From the NCBI GenBank assembly GCA_009103225.1, contig RHPI01002402.1, positions 963,412 through 1,027,411 on the forward strand: a stretch of DNA of 64,000 bases, given 5' to 3'. The first letter of the stretch is position 1; each line of letters opens with the position of its first letter. This document shows positions 23,534 to 36,136 of this stretch, piece by piece. Origin of the DNA: Chlorokybus atmophyticus (lineage: Eukaryota; Plantae; Mesostigma and Chlorokybus algae). The position numbers and the translations under genes were made by a program. The notes under the pieces were generated by a model that was not told the origin of the DNA, searched no databases, and worked only from the letters and a program-made list of their open reading frames with translations.

Positions 23534-26500
23534 TTAGGGGATGTGAAGCGGGCGAGCTGGGACGGTCGGCAGCTCATCGCCTCGAATGGCATCAAGCATC
23601 GTGTGTTTCCCGCACTTGCCAACTACATCAGCGACTTGCAGGTAGTGGGCATGCATGGTTGTAACCGGATGCAGCCTCCCGGCTAACAGTGCATGGTGGA
23701 TGTTGTCAGTGGAGCATCTAAGTTGGTTGTGGTGCAGAAGACTGCCACACTTGCACGCACTGTGTCGGGCAACCAAACACGACATCCTTGCGATGTCTGT
23801 CTTGTCCCTAAATCAGATCTGTTGCGAGTGACATTCTCCCCTCCGGCGCGCAGAACATTGCGTGCCCCGTCAGCTGATGTGTATGCGAATACGTTGTGCC
23901 CTCTGAAGTTTATGGTTTGTGGTCGATCACCGTCATCAAATACTATACGGTGCTGCCCTGCAAAGCCATTTTCCATTGCACCATGCGTATATGATGCGTC
24001 CGTAATCTCGCACGCCAAGAAGTGATGCTGACCTGACGCTTGCTTAAATGATTCCACAACGCCCGCGTACCATTCCCCATCCAGTGGCCAATGCACCACG
24101 ACACACCGATCAGCTGCTCGCATCCCAACAAAAATGCCTTTTGCATCCGATGCAATGCGCTGTCCAACGGTCAATGGTCTGCCTCCTCTACAGCGGCCAG
24201 GGGGTGGAACTGCCCACGCCCACACTGTGGAAGACTGCTCTAAATGCGACAATAGCTTCACCATGCATGAAATAAGCATGCGCCCAACATAACATGCAGT
24301 GATACGTCGCTGTCCACTCTACCGAATTACCTCCACAGCATCCACCACCTGTCCACTAACCACTTGTCCCGGTGTTGTCTATGTGAAGAGGCGCATGGGT
24401 TCCCCTCGCCACTTGAAGCATGAGCGCGAGCACGATTCGCACACGCACTGCACGCAATCAAAAAACTCGGGTTCCTTGCACAGCACTTTGCCGAGGCGGC
24501 AGCCAAACACGTCAACATTGTGTGTGGTGTGATGTCAGCAAGCAGCACTAAAACCGTGGCACACTGTCTGCACTCGCTAGCATTCGGTCAAGTGTGCTCG
24601 CATTTGCTGCCTACGGCCATTGGCACATACGTACGCATTGCATTGTGGGCACACTAAGCATGGTCTCCTAGGTGAGGGGGATTCAACTGCTGCCGCCGAC
24701 ATCATGCAAGATATGAATCGGCACCACTGCCCACAAACTGAGCGAGACTTTAGGGTATGGGCATCTGACTGCACTGACTCATGCGCCGGGCAGTCATCAT
24801 ACACATGTACACCCAGTGCTTCCAACAACAGCAGATCTCGGGTGCACCATGCACCATACTACAACTATACATGTACCTACAAGGTTCACATGTGTTCAAC
24901 AAAACTTCAATATGCACAATTGTTAGGCGGGGGCCAAATCACTATCAACACATTGGCGTCTTGAAGCAGGCGTGGCGACCAAAACGGGTGAGGTTGCTTG
25001 CAGCACGAACATGCTTGTAGCTTCTTTCATTTATTTGCCATGTTCTTTTTATGTGATATGATGCAGACATGGCACACCGCTTGCTTGCAATAAGGCGTCT
25101 CCCCATCTGCTTGGGGGGGGNTACAGTACCAGGATGCTCGCATACTACCACAATCGTAGAGTAATACTGTGTTGTCATTCCATGAAATCCAGAGCGCTGT
25201 CCGAGTTTGTTGCTGTCAACCACGCTCTGAACCAGCGAGGTATGTAAGCCATGCACTGACTCATGCGCCGGGCAGTCATCATACACATGTACAGCCAAAG
25301 CTTCTGACAACAGCAGACCTCGGGTGCACCATGCACCATGCTGCAACTATATATGTACCTACATGGTTCACATGTATTCAACACAAAACTGCAATATATG
25401 CACAATTGTCATCAAAGCGGGGGCCAAATCACCGTTGACACATTGGCGTCTTGCAGTGGGCGTGGCGACCAAAACGGGTGAGGTTGCTTGCACATGGGAC
25501 ACGCTTGTAGCTCCTTTGATTTATTTGCCATATGCTTCTGTTGGTATATAATGCAGACATGGCACATCGCATGCTTGCAACAGGGCGTCTCCTCATCCGC
25601 TGGGGGTGGGTGGGCTCTTCAATGCGACAATTCAGCACGCATGGTGCATGCGGGTGTGCAAGCTGCCTCTGCCACCAAACTCTATTATCGCGCAGGCGCA
25701 GCGACTCCCATTTGAATGGCGCAGCATTACGCTCCACTGCCTGCTCGAGCACCTGACGCCCATCTGCCGCTATACACCACCTGCTGGTCTTGGTGGTCTC
25801 GTCCAGCGTTCATCCAGGCCCTCAACATGGCTGTCGTCACTCGTGTACTCACCCGCATCGTCATCTTCGTCGAGCTTCTACAGAATCAGCTCGACATGCC
25901 GTATGACATACAGCCACTGCCAACCAAAGCACGCCAAGTACAGCTCAAATGGTTTTACTTGCCACCCAGTATATTTGCTCAGGTAGTGGCACACATCTCG
26001 ACCCGCATTGGTCGAAATCAATAGGTGCATCTGTTGCAGCAGGTCGAAGTTCTGCTCCGCGGATAGCTCTTGCACATTGCCGGGTTGCTGCGGCAGCAAC
26101 AACACCATTCTATTAAGGACGGCGAGGGGCAACAATATACTACAGATGGCCATGTCGTGTTGGGGTTCCAACCATGGCCAATCCCTTGAGGTCTGCTCTG
26201 AACGCACTCTCCGCGTTTGCTCCCACTCATTGCATACTTTTGTCACCCACCTCAAGGCATGCCGCATGCGGTGATGCAGCGCGTGCTTAGCATATTAGAG
26301 GGCGATTAACTCCTTTGCACTACGAGTCAGCCCCTCAAAGCGTCTGCGCATCGATGGTTTGAGCTTAGGCAGCTCATGTCGTACGTGGCTGTTTCTCTGG
26401 AAGATGCTGAGCAGCCACATGACGCTGTAAACCCGCCTGTGCCTATTCAGGACACGCAGTCAGCCTTAATGCGGCTTTAAGGCGCTGTGCTTCTTCTGAC

Positions 26501-29460
26501 TACATGTATCCATGCCTCACCTTTGCTTTTTTGCTCCCGTCAGCGTCCCTTCATCCAAAATCCTTCCTTTTTTGTTGTGGTCGGCCTGCACATTTTGGCA
26601 GGCGCTCTCCGTGGCACTGTCACTCGAAGAAGGTAAGGCGTTATCTTCTTGCTCCACAGCCTTGCGCTTGTTGGTTGCCTCCCGTTCCTCCACGATCTCA
26701 TGTTGCGCCATGAGGTCGAGCATGCAGCTTTTGTCCTTGAGCGCCAGTTTTAGGACACCTCGATCAATCTCTTTACCACCAAGACAGGTTGAGATGAATG
26801 TGGCAAGCTTGGAGGGAGAGGGCGAGCTACCGATGCTTCTTAATGGAGATGCCTCCGGATGGTTAGAGTGCCGTGGCAAGTGAGTCTCCGCGGTTGGAAG
26901 GGAGGGTGCTGAATTGTTATTGCGAGCATGTGGCTGTGGTTGAGGGGAGGCAGGAAGTGCAGAACGGACGGCTACTATTTGCCTAGCACACGAAGGTAAG
27001 GCCTGAGGCGTTGGCGCATCACCCTAGGGAGCAGCCGGTGGTAGTGAGGGATTGGCCACGCCATTTTGCCACTCTCCGATCAGATCTGTTACCTCCGGTG
27101 GCACTTCATGCATAGCCCATGACCATTGTTCGGTGCTTTCATGCTTGAGGAGCAAAAAGTGTGCTTCTAGCTCATCAGGAGCAGTGTTGCCCACCACCAG
27201 GACTGAGGCTTGGGGGCTTGTTTAATTTCCAACTCAAACTGCGCTGCCGGGCCGTGGCACCCACTCCCCATGCTCGTGCTGAACGGTCACGCAGTCAATC
27301 AACAAACCCAGCTTGTTGGCAAACATGGTCATCTGTGGATGCTCCACGTACACATCCTTTCTCCGCACGAGCTGTCACACCTTGGCCATGGCTATGTCAA
27401 TGTTGCAATTGACATCAGCCAACATGGTCGCAGGCTGCTTGTCGTAATACTGCGCCATCTCTCCCGCGGCACCAATGGCTCTGCAGAAGTCTAAGATTCC
27501 GCTCACCACGCCTACATCAACAGCCTTTGCGGTGATTTTTGCGGAGAGTGTCCCCCTTGCCGTCATTGTCTATGGTGTCCAGCATGACCCCAAATTTGCT
27601 CAAGCTGGGGCGCTTGTGATCATCCAGGACACTTTGCGCTATGGATGGCCTGGCAAGAAACACACAATGATAGACTCAATTACCATTCGTTGGCGCATTG
27701 AAGTGGTCCCATGAGGCGAGCTGGCCACCTAGCATGACCTATTGTCTGTACGCGGGTTGCGGCCAGCTTCTTTAATGACTCGCTGGCAGGTGGTGACCCC
27801 TGCTACATGCGTATACAGCACTCAAATGGTGTGTCCAACAATCGACGGCAAGAGACACAGTGACAGATAAAGTACCTGAGCTTGGGGCAGACTGCCGGCT
27901 TCAACTTGCAGCGGGTGGGGTAAGGTAGGTGCAAAAGCCATATCAGTTGTTGCATTGTGCTGTGGTCTCGCCGATTGTGGCAAGAAGGGTTGTTGCCCCG
28001 CAATCACCGGTGCTGCTCGTGGAGGAGACGGCAGTGCATGAAGGCCTGGTGCCGTGGAAGGTGGATGGTTTCCGGGCTGCGAGGGGAGCAGGTGCGGCAG
28101 GTGAGACCACCTGTGCATGCAGCAAGAGGGGCTGTATATAGAGCACAGAACAAGATGGCTCACGATGTTGCAAAAGACGAGTATAAGAATATGCATGTGC
28201 TTGACGCATTGTTACCAAGGCACACTCATAAAAGACAGCGACTTACTTTACTGTACCGTTAGCTGCATGGAGCAGGGGAAGCCATGGGGCTGACAGGGTG
28301 GTATTGGGTGCACTCTCCCCGCCACCCTTAATCGCAGTCTCGTCATGGAGCTCATGAGCCATGGGCACAGGATGCGACACTGCCTCAATGAACATGTCGG
28401 GATTCAACAGGCCAACATGCATGTTAAATTGATGCTGCATTGCCGCCGCGCCCAGCAAATGGGATTGAAGGACTAGTGATGATGGGATCGAATCCAGGTT
28501 GGCACAGGAGCTCCAACAGGACCTAGTGCACTGTGGCGCTGTCAACCAATCACATATGGGTTAGCTGCATGCTTGCGACATTGTAATTGCAATAGTCAAT
28601 TGCGTCACAACATCATCAGAGCTGTTTCGAACAGTCACTTGCGGCATTGCTGGTTGATGGCATCAACTTGATGCACAAATGATTGCATAAACTGCGTCAT
28701 TGCTAATTAATGCACTACTGGTTCAATACAGGATGAATCGCCACGCACTCGTGTGCTCAAACTCAGCCTACTTCGTTCGGCACGCGCGCGACACTTTGCA
28801 CGCTCACGCACATCCTGGCATGCAAAGGTAGGCATGCATCGGAGGTGCATGCAATAAATATGCATACTGAGATTGGCAACAACATACCGCCCAGCTCTGT
28901 CTATCTGCTCTGGCTTCCGCAATATCGGCTTGACTGTGGGGTGGGTAAGGTGAATAGTGGAGGCCTGCATTCACGCTACATGTATCACATGCACTGCCCA
29001 AAAATACAGCTTTCTCTTGCAAGGAAATGCATGTGACTATTGAGCGTACCTCTGCATTCCTTTGTGCTTGTTCCCACAGTCGCAATGGGTCTCGCATGGT
29101 TTTGATAAGGGGCTCCAAGGACTGCAGCTCCTGATCCACACCTTGTTGCAGAAAGCGATCCACCAAGCAGCTCTCTGTGTGAAGATGGTCCTTGATGGCT
29201 TGCATGCTAGTTTATCCAATGTTGGTAATGCATGTTGGACAGCCCCATTGCTGACGCCTGCCATGATCCACGACTTGGCGTCCGGTATTTGCTGGCTTTG
29301 CTGCTCGAACTCTTACGACCACAACTTCTCGCAAGATGTGCCACGCTGCCGCCGCCGCTGCCGCATCCTCCAACTCCTCTTGGTCCTCTGCCTCCTTATG
29401 GAACCCAGGACCATGCCTGATATTCGCCCCCTCATCGACATGATGCCCCTGCGTGCCATC
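23534..29460 (-). pseudogene. decayed ~6-kb multi-exon gene C with Tudor/Agenet-like domain and Cys-rich segments
   Basis: Tudor-like VVVHWPLDGEWYAGVVESFKQASGQH..HRIVFDDGD (~24.1-23.9 kb). Cys clusters: CLVCPQCNAYVC and FDCVQCVCESCSRSC. Frames continue past isolated stops at 29212, 27375 and 25878. Gene ends are approximate. Confidence 0.5.
24770..25610. repeat. diverged tandem duplication, ~350 bp x2 (24770-25120 and 25252-25610)
   Basis: The copies align end to end, e.g. TGCACTGACTCATGCGCCGGGCAGTCATCATACACATGTAC and GGCGTGGCGACCAAAACGGGTGAGGTTGCTTGCA occur in both. Confidence 0.9.
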
Positions 29461-29630
29461 ATTTGGCCATAAATAAAGCTGTGTTGGTGAATGCACGCTA
29501 ATTTCCATTACGGATGGTCGAGCAATGCCTCTGTATTGATGGTACGACAGAGCCATTGTATACAAATGGCTAGGGTTGGACGAGAGATTCCTTTGTCGTA
29601 CCATAAATGTTATGTCACACCCATTGTTAC

Positions 29631-29678
29631 CAAAGGTTGTACAAAGCATGGATGGTCCAATGCTTTGTACAACCTTTG
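29631..29678. repeat. perfect 19-bp inverted repeat, 10-nt spacer
   Basis: CAAAGGTTGTACAAAGCAT (29631-29649) pairs with ATGCTTTGTACAACCTTTG (29660-29678). Confidence 0.95.
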
Positions 29679-30198
29679 CATAAGGCGTTCCATGAACCAT
29701 AGGAGATAAGGACGTACTACAAGTGCGACTCTAGTGCGGGGCATTAGACTTTTAAAACCGCCTCATTTTCGTTTTCGCACCTCGTACATTGGGCGGGCCA
29801 ACTGGCGGCGGCAGCGCCACCATTAGCTAAGCAGGCGGCACCCAACTATTAAATATAGAGATGCCTCCTGGTCTATCTGTAGATGCACCTCGTCGTGGAG
29901 GTTGGCGCTACAAGTTCACATTGCCCCCGGTGTTCAACCAGGCAACTGTCGCCAACCAGCAGCAGCCACTCTTGGCCAACCAATCGCAACAAGACCGCGC
30001 GCTAATGCCCAGCCTATCACAACAGCTCCACGTGCAACCGCAATCGCAAGGGCAAGCTAGAATGCATGCGTTCTTGATGCACTGTGCACATTGCTTCTTG
30101 CTCAACTTCAAGCTTTTATGCTTGCTTCTTTCATGACTAGCACAGTGACTCGCTGCATGCATTCTGAATACAATGTGCATGTGACGGTGCTCGTGCCT

Positions 30199-30861
30199 TG
30201 TCACCTGTGAGTTGGTCCGATCCACAACCCTCTCACCAAGACACGGTATTCACACCAGACCCTTGCCCCCTCTGCCAAGCACACACGAGCGCCCCGCCAC
30301 TCGCGTACGCACGCGCATGCGCTCGAAGCTACACACCGACTTGTGTAGCGCCTTGGATCGTCACACAAGCAAGCACACACCAGTGGACACACGCTAGCAA
30401 CCCCTTCTAGCCACCACCAAGCTTGCACACAAGAAACTAGGGAGCTAAGGGTTGTATTCCAAATTGTAGAATGTCACTTTTATACCTACCAGTCTGCACA
30501 TGCTACTGTCTAGACGATTCTAGCGATCGAAGGAACTAGAAGCTAAGATATAATTGCAGAATCTTGTAGTACACTTCTAGACCTTTCCAACGCATCAAAG
30601 ATCTCCTAATTTGCTGCTCACATGGTCAAGTTATACTACTTGGCGCCAGGCCCTTCCAGAAATCTGGTCGAGCCCTTCTCGACTGGCCCTCCGTTTTCTG
30701 GCACCTTCCGGACTGGTCTTGGGGCCCCGGTCGATATCCGCGGCAGACTCATAACTCGCCGATATCCGCCACAAGTCATAACAAACATGTACCTAACAAA
30801 TAAGGCCTAAAACGGCCATGAAAATTATACAAAATTACAAAATTTGGCCTTGACTGTTACA
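30199..30861 (-). repeat. 3' LTR (663 bp, TG...CA)
   Basis: Near-identical to 33570-34218 (about a dozen substitutions plus two small indels) and directly preceded by the PPT on the - strand. Confidence 0.95.
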
Positions 30862-32340
30862 CTCCTCCCCCCCCAGGGTGAGCTTCGTCCTCGAAGCTCG
30901 CGAGGTTGTCGTCGAGCAAGATAGGCACGCACAACGTCTTGAGCATTAGTCAAGTGTGCCTCTGGCTCCCAGGATGCTTCATGCAACGGATAGCCCTTCC
31001 ATTTCACTAAGAACTTGCGTACGCCATGCACAAACTTCTCACCAAGGATGTCTTCTACCTCCCACTCTGGTTCACCGTCCGTGCCAACTTCGGGGGGCGG
31101 CCTTTCTGGCGGTTGTCCTCGATACGCTTTCAGAAGGGAGACGTGAAAAACGGGGTGCACACGCATGGTGTCGGGTAGCTCCAGCTTGTACGCCACGTCT
31201 GAGACAACTTTGCTGACCTTAAATGGTCCCAACCAGCGTTCATTCAGCTTGCGAACTCTCGTACGCACCTGTACGTGCTTCGCGGAGAGTAACAAAATGT
31301 CGCCTTTTTGAAACGTGAGGTGGCGGCGATGCGCGTCCGCGTACTGCTTCTGCCGATTTTGTGCCACCAATAGCGCCTCCCTAGCTGCCTTATTAACGTC
31401 CGCGCACTTTGTAAGGAAATCATTGGTTGCCTCCACGCGCACGGCATGTCGTCGCGGTGTCCATGCCGTCAACGGTGTCAATGGATGTTGCCCGTAGTTC
31501 ATAAGGAAGGGAGTGACACCTGTGCTTGCATTGTGGTGGTTGTTGATCGCAAACTCCACCAACTCAAGCAGCTCCGCCCAATTGTCTTGTCGCGCGTTAA
31601 CGTAGCAACGCAGCATGTCCTCAATCACACGGTTGGCCCGCTCCGTTTGCCCATCAGTTTGCGGATGGAATGCCGTGCCAAACTTCAGTGTGGTACCAAG
31701 TGCACCATGCAGCGCCTCCCAAAACTTACTTGTAAAGCGCGGGTCGCGATCACTCACAATGCTTCGTGGTAATCCATGAGAACGAAACACATGCTCCACG
31801 AACAAGCTTGCTGCCTCCGGTGCCGTGCAAGACTCACTACACGGTGCCAAGCAGACCATTTTGCTGGTTTTGTCGACGAACACAAGTATAGCGTCGTACC
31901 CTTCTTTTGTCTTTGGTAGCCCCGTGATAAAGTCCATGGTAACTTGCTCCCACTTGGATAATGGCACAGGGAGAGGTTGCAGCAACCCACCTGGCTTTTG
32001 GTTGCTTGCCTTCACCCTTTGGCATGCGTCGCACAACGCCACGTAGTCGCGCACATCGCGATGCATCTTTCGCCAATAAAAACGCTGCTTCAAGCTTGCC
32101 AAAGTCCTCTCCAACCCTTGGTGACCAGCAATGGGCACGTCATGAGCTTCCTTCAGCAACTTCACACGGATATGCGCGACGTTGGGGATGTACAAGCGCC
32201 CGTGGTGCCAAAGCAGCCCGTCGCGCATTGACCAATGCCCACTTGTGTCCGTAGCTGCATTTTCCAGCTCTTGCAACACTTTCATACCCTCCGTGTCTTC
32301 ACGAACCACTTGCCGAATCTGGTCGGTCCACTCGGGCTGC
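30825..32340 (-). CDS. Gypsy integrase (H2C2 zinc finger + rve core) with C-terminal chromodomain
   Basis: HDVPIAGHQG...CDACQ; KWEQVTMDFITGLP; IVSDRDPRFTSKFW; TAFHPQTDGQTERAN; EWEVEDILGEKFVHGVRKFLVKWKGYPLHEASWEP. The ORF reads through the PPT and stops inside the LTR. Confidence 0.95.
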
Positions 32341-32374
32341 GCTTGAGCCAGGACCTCAATTGCATTAAGCCGGC

Positions 32375-33072
32375 TCAGCGTGTCAGCAACACCATTTGAC
32401 GTACCGGGCTTGTACTTGATATCGAAGACAAAAGTTGAAAGAACTCAAGCCATCGAGCTTGTCCGCGACTTAGATGAGGTTTTGTTTGTAAGTACCTCAA
32501 TGGAGAGTGATCCGTCTCAAGCACGAACTTTTTGCCTTCCAAAAAACAACGCCATTGTCGTAGCGCCATGACTTGCGTTAAAAGTTCCTTCTCGTGCACG
32601 AAGTAATTCAGCTCCGCACCACTCATCTTTTTGCTGAAGAATGCTACTGGTTGAAGGCCGTTGCCATGGTCTTGCTGCAAACAGCTCCTACGGCTGTGTC
32701 GGACGCGTCGCAAGCCAAAGTAAATGTCTTTTCCATGTCGGGGTGAGCCAAGACTGGTGCCTCCGTCAGCGCCTTCTTCAACGCAGCAAATGCATGTTCC
32801 TCTGTTGCTGACCAGCTCCAAGGCTTTCCCTTCTTAAGTAGGGCAGTCAAGGGAGCAGCTATGCGCGAAAACCCCATGATAAACTTGCGATAATACCCCG
32901 CAAGGCCTAAAAAGGACATCACCTCCTTTACGTTGGTTGGGGAAGCCCACTCGCGCACCACCTGCACTTTGTTGGGGTCCGGCTTGATGCCTTCATGCGA
33001 CACAATGTGGCCTAGGTACTCCACCTCTCGAAGCAAGAATTTGCACTTTTGTAGCTGGGCGTACAGCTTGTG
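32375..33072 (-). pseudogene. RT C-terminal half and RNase H, frameshifted
   Basis: HKLYAQLQKCKFLLREVEYLGHIVS...FLGLAGYYRKFI...LACDASDTAVGAV, then a frameshift to QDHGNGLQPVAFFSKK...EKELL...LETDHSPL. A second frameshift (~32440) precedes the integrase. Confidence 0.9.
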
Positions 33073-33568
33073 GTGCGCGAAAACACTGCAAAGTCAGCAC
33101 CAGAGCTGAGTGACGATGCTAAGACGGCTACGATGGACCTTGAGGTGTGTAAACTTGTTAAAGAATATCAAGATATCATGGTGGACGGACCTCCATCTGG
33201 TCTACCACCTCCACGGAGCGTAGACCACCGTGTGGAGCTGATTGAGGGCGTGCACAAGCCACCGTATCGACCCGTATACAAGTTGTCACCTTTGGAGCTG
33301 GAAGAGGCCGAGAGGCAGGTGGCGGACTTGCTGATAAGCGGCTACATCAGGCCTAGTAAGTCCCCCTATGGTGCACCTATTTTGTTTGTACGAAAGAAGA
33401 ACGGGAGCTTACGCATGTGCGTCGACTACCGAGCTCTCAACAACATGACGAAGAGGAATTGCGTTCCACTCCCACGTATCGACGAGTTGCTGGAGCAATT
33501 GCAAGGTGCGCAGTACTTCACAACACTTGATCTTGCTGGCGGTTATCACCAAATCCGCATCGCGCCCG
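33073..33568 (+). pseudogene. RT N-terminal fragment in inverted orientation relative to the element
   Basis: Read directly on the + strand: LPPPRSVDHRVELI...SKSPYGAPILFVRKKNGSLRMCVDYRALN...LPRIDELL...FTTLDLAGGYHQIRIAP. It is truncated at the LTR, before the YxDD motif. Confidence 0.9.
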
Positions 33569-33569
33569 T

Positions 33570-34218
33570 TATCACCTCTGAGTTGGTCCAATCCACAACC
33601 CTCTCACCAAGACACGGTATTCACATCGGAACCTTGCCCCCTCTGCCAAGCACACACGAGCGCCCCGCCACTCGCGTACGCACGCGCATGCGCTCGAAGC
33701 TACACACCGACTTGTGTAGCGCCTTGGATCGTCACACAAGCAAGCACACACCGGTGGACACACGCTAGCAACCCCTTCTAGCCACCACCAAGCTTGCACA
33801 CAAGAAACTAGGGAGCTAAAGGTTGTATTCCAAATTGTAGAATGTCACTTTTATACCTACCAGTCTGCACATGCTACTGTCTAGACGATTCTAGCGCTTG
33901 AAGGAACTAGAAGCTAAGATATAATTGCAGAATCTTGTAGTACACTTCTAGACCTTTCCAACGCACCAAAGATCTCCTAATTTGCTGCTCACATGGTCAA
34001 GTTATACTACTTGGCGCCAGGCCCTTCCAGAAATCTGGTCGAGCCCTTCTCGACTGGCCCTCCGTTTTCTGGCACCTTCCGGACTGGTCTTGGGGCCCCG
34101 GTCGATATCCGCGGCAGACTCATAACTCGCCGATATCTGCCACAAGTCATAAAAAACATGTACCTAACAAATAAGGCCTAAAACGGCCATGAAAATCACA
34201 AAATTTCGCCTTGTTACA
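33570..34218 (-). repeat. 5' LTR (649 bp)
   Basis: Direct repeat of 30199-30861. It ends TA rather than CA on the - strand. Confidence 0.95.
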
Positions 34219-36136
34219 GTGCACGTTGCTTCTTGCTCAAATGTGAGGGTTGCATTTCATGGCTGGCAGCATGACTGACGTGGTTTTGCTTGCACAGGTT
34301 TGATTAAAACCCTCAACGTATTTGGCCGTGACATAGCAACCTCGGCCGTCAGCAACCCTTCCCTAAGCAAGTGGAAGATTGGCAACGAGCTAAGCACCGT
34401 ATGACATTGTGACACTGTGTGTAACGAATTGTTCTTCTGTGGACAGCATTTGCGGAATGCCGTCGTTGAAATCATAAACGGCCACTAGGTAGAGAGCCAC
34501 GTTTTTCCCAAGGAGGACGCTATTGATAACGTCATGTGTCAGGTGCTGTGAATGCTTCATAACCTCACTGCACCTTGACATTGACCAACGTGCCCGTGTA
34601 GTTGACTTCAACTATGACGACGAGGCCGATGCGGCCAAGTTCTATGAGGTGTATTGGACGCCTAAGGAGTGCCCTTTCCACTGGAGTGTCGCCTTGGAAA
34701 AAGCTATGCAAGTCCGGTCTAAGGACGTCACCAAGATTCAGCAAGTCCTTGAGAAGGAGTACAAGTGGACACTGACAGCGACAAGCGCAAGTGAGTTGGG
34801 ACACTCACCATCATGTCTGCTATACAACACTGCCTTCTTACTCAGCCTCCATACACACATACGCATCTCGCCTATTGTAACCGATTCAATCAGGCACATC
34901 GACGCCCTAATGGACCCCGAGACCCCAAAAGCCCAGATCCGCAACGCGCTCCAAAGTAAGTCATAGGCACTATTCTAGCCTAGTGCAGGCTCAACTTGAA
35001 CTATCTGTATCGTGACTAATGCCTTGTTGGTATAACTCTCGCAGATAAGTCATGGCGAAAATCTGAGGTAATCGACAATGCAGACCCGAAGCGGAGAAGA
35101 TACATTCATGAATGGGGCAATCCAATAGTCCGGCAAATGATCGTGCAATGTTGGTCTTACGCCGTCACTGCACCTGGTCACCGGCAGCTGACAGTCAACC
35201 ACCTCGCATACTTGTTGCTTACGGTGAGCACTCTGAACTAAATCACTAGCAATTTAGGAATGCTGTAGCCCCAAACTACAGGCTTGCAGACGCGCTGCAG
35301 TGAATAGTGGCTTTCAATGCCACTAAAACATGCATGTAAAGTACGCAGGTGGAGCGCATCCTAAAGGGCAAGGATGGAGACCCTCTCCTAGCTGCTAGCA
35401 TCAACACACATGAGGAGTACCTCAGCAAATAAACACCATGATCATGTCAATGAAGCGGGAGATAAGGTAACGGTTCGCAGCCCTCCAGCCATTCACCCTT
35501 GTGAAGCGCCGTACTGCATCTTGTGTCGAATACCTAGAAGATCTCAATTGGCACCGGTCGCAAGAGACAACAGCATGTGACCCGCTGAGGCGGAAGCGGC
35601 ATTTGATTGGCTAGCGCAACCGTTTGAGGAGGAGAAAGAGCAAGCTCCGGCGTCTCCTTTGCGGTCCCCAGCGCGTGGTGCTTTCTTCCATGATGACGTG
35701 CAAGGCGATGATGGAGAGGAGCTGTAGCTCAGTTGGTAGTCCGTTTAGCTGGTAGTGTACACAGCTGCAAGGCTCTTATGACTTAATGTTGTGCATCTCA
35801 AACCAGCTCAGTCAATCTTCATTATGCTCATGCATGAAACAACTTGCATCCTTATATATATACAGCAGAACTGCAAGCAACGCAAGTTATATAATCAAAC
35901 TACAAGCCTTGGCAAGTGACTGAGAGCCACAATACACATCTCAGGTACCTTTACACAGCACATGCACATAATGATGCTGGCAGTCAATGACAGTCGCGTG
36001 TAGTTATGCTATGCAAATACATATAACAATAGTTAGGCATCAGTCACCTTCAGTTGCTTACAGAATGCTTTACCTTGACAACAATTACCTAGTTGGTGCT
36101 TTTTATTAGCATCCGTCGCCTGCTCTATGCCAGTGT

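Larger units (their letters stand above)
30199..34218 (-). mobile_element. Ty3/Gypsy chromovirus-type LTR retrotransposon, defective (no gag/protease/PBS; internal inversion)
   Basis: Direct LTRs at 30199-30861 and 33570-34218, beginning TGTAACA on the - strand. PPT GGGGGGGGAGGAG at 30862-30874. RT, RNase H, integrase and chromodomain remnants lie between them. Confidence 0.95.
29861..35727 (+). pseudogene. decayed spliced orphan gene D, interrupted by the Gypsy element in its first intron
   Basis: AT-rich TATTAAATATAG box, then ATG 29861. After the Gypsy, GT-AG-bounded exons read GLIKTLNVFGRDIA..., HLRNAVVEIINGH*VESH (TAG at 34486), DFNYDDEADAAKFYEVYWTPKECPF... and KRRRYIHEWGNPIVRQMIVQCW. 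No family recognised. Confidence 0.45.

Noticed and set aside
30622-34181. duplicated small ORFs MVKLYYLAPG... and MQAWWWLEG...
   Set aside because: They occur twice only because they lie within the LTRs. No coding evidence.
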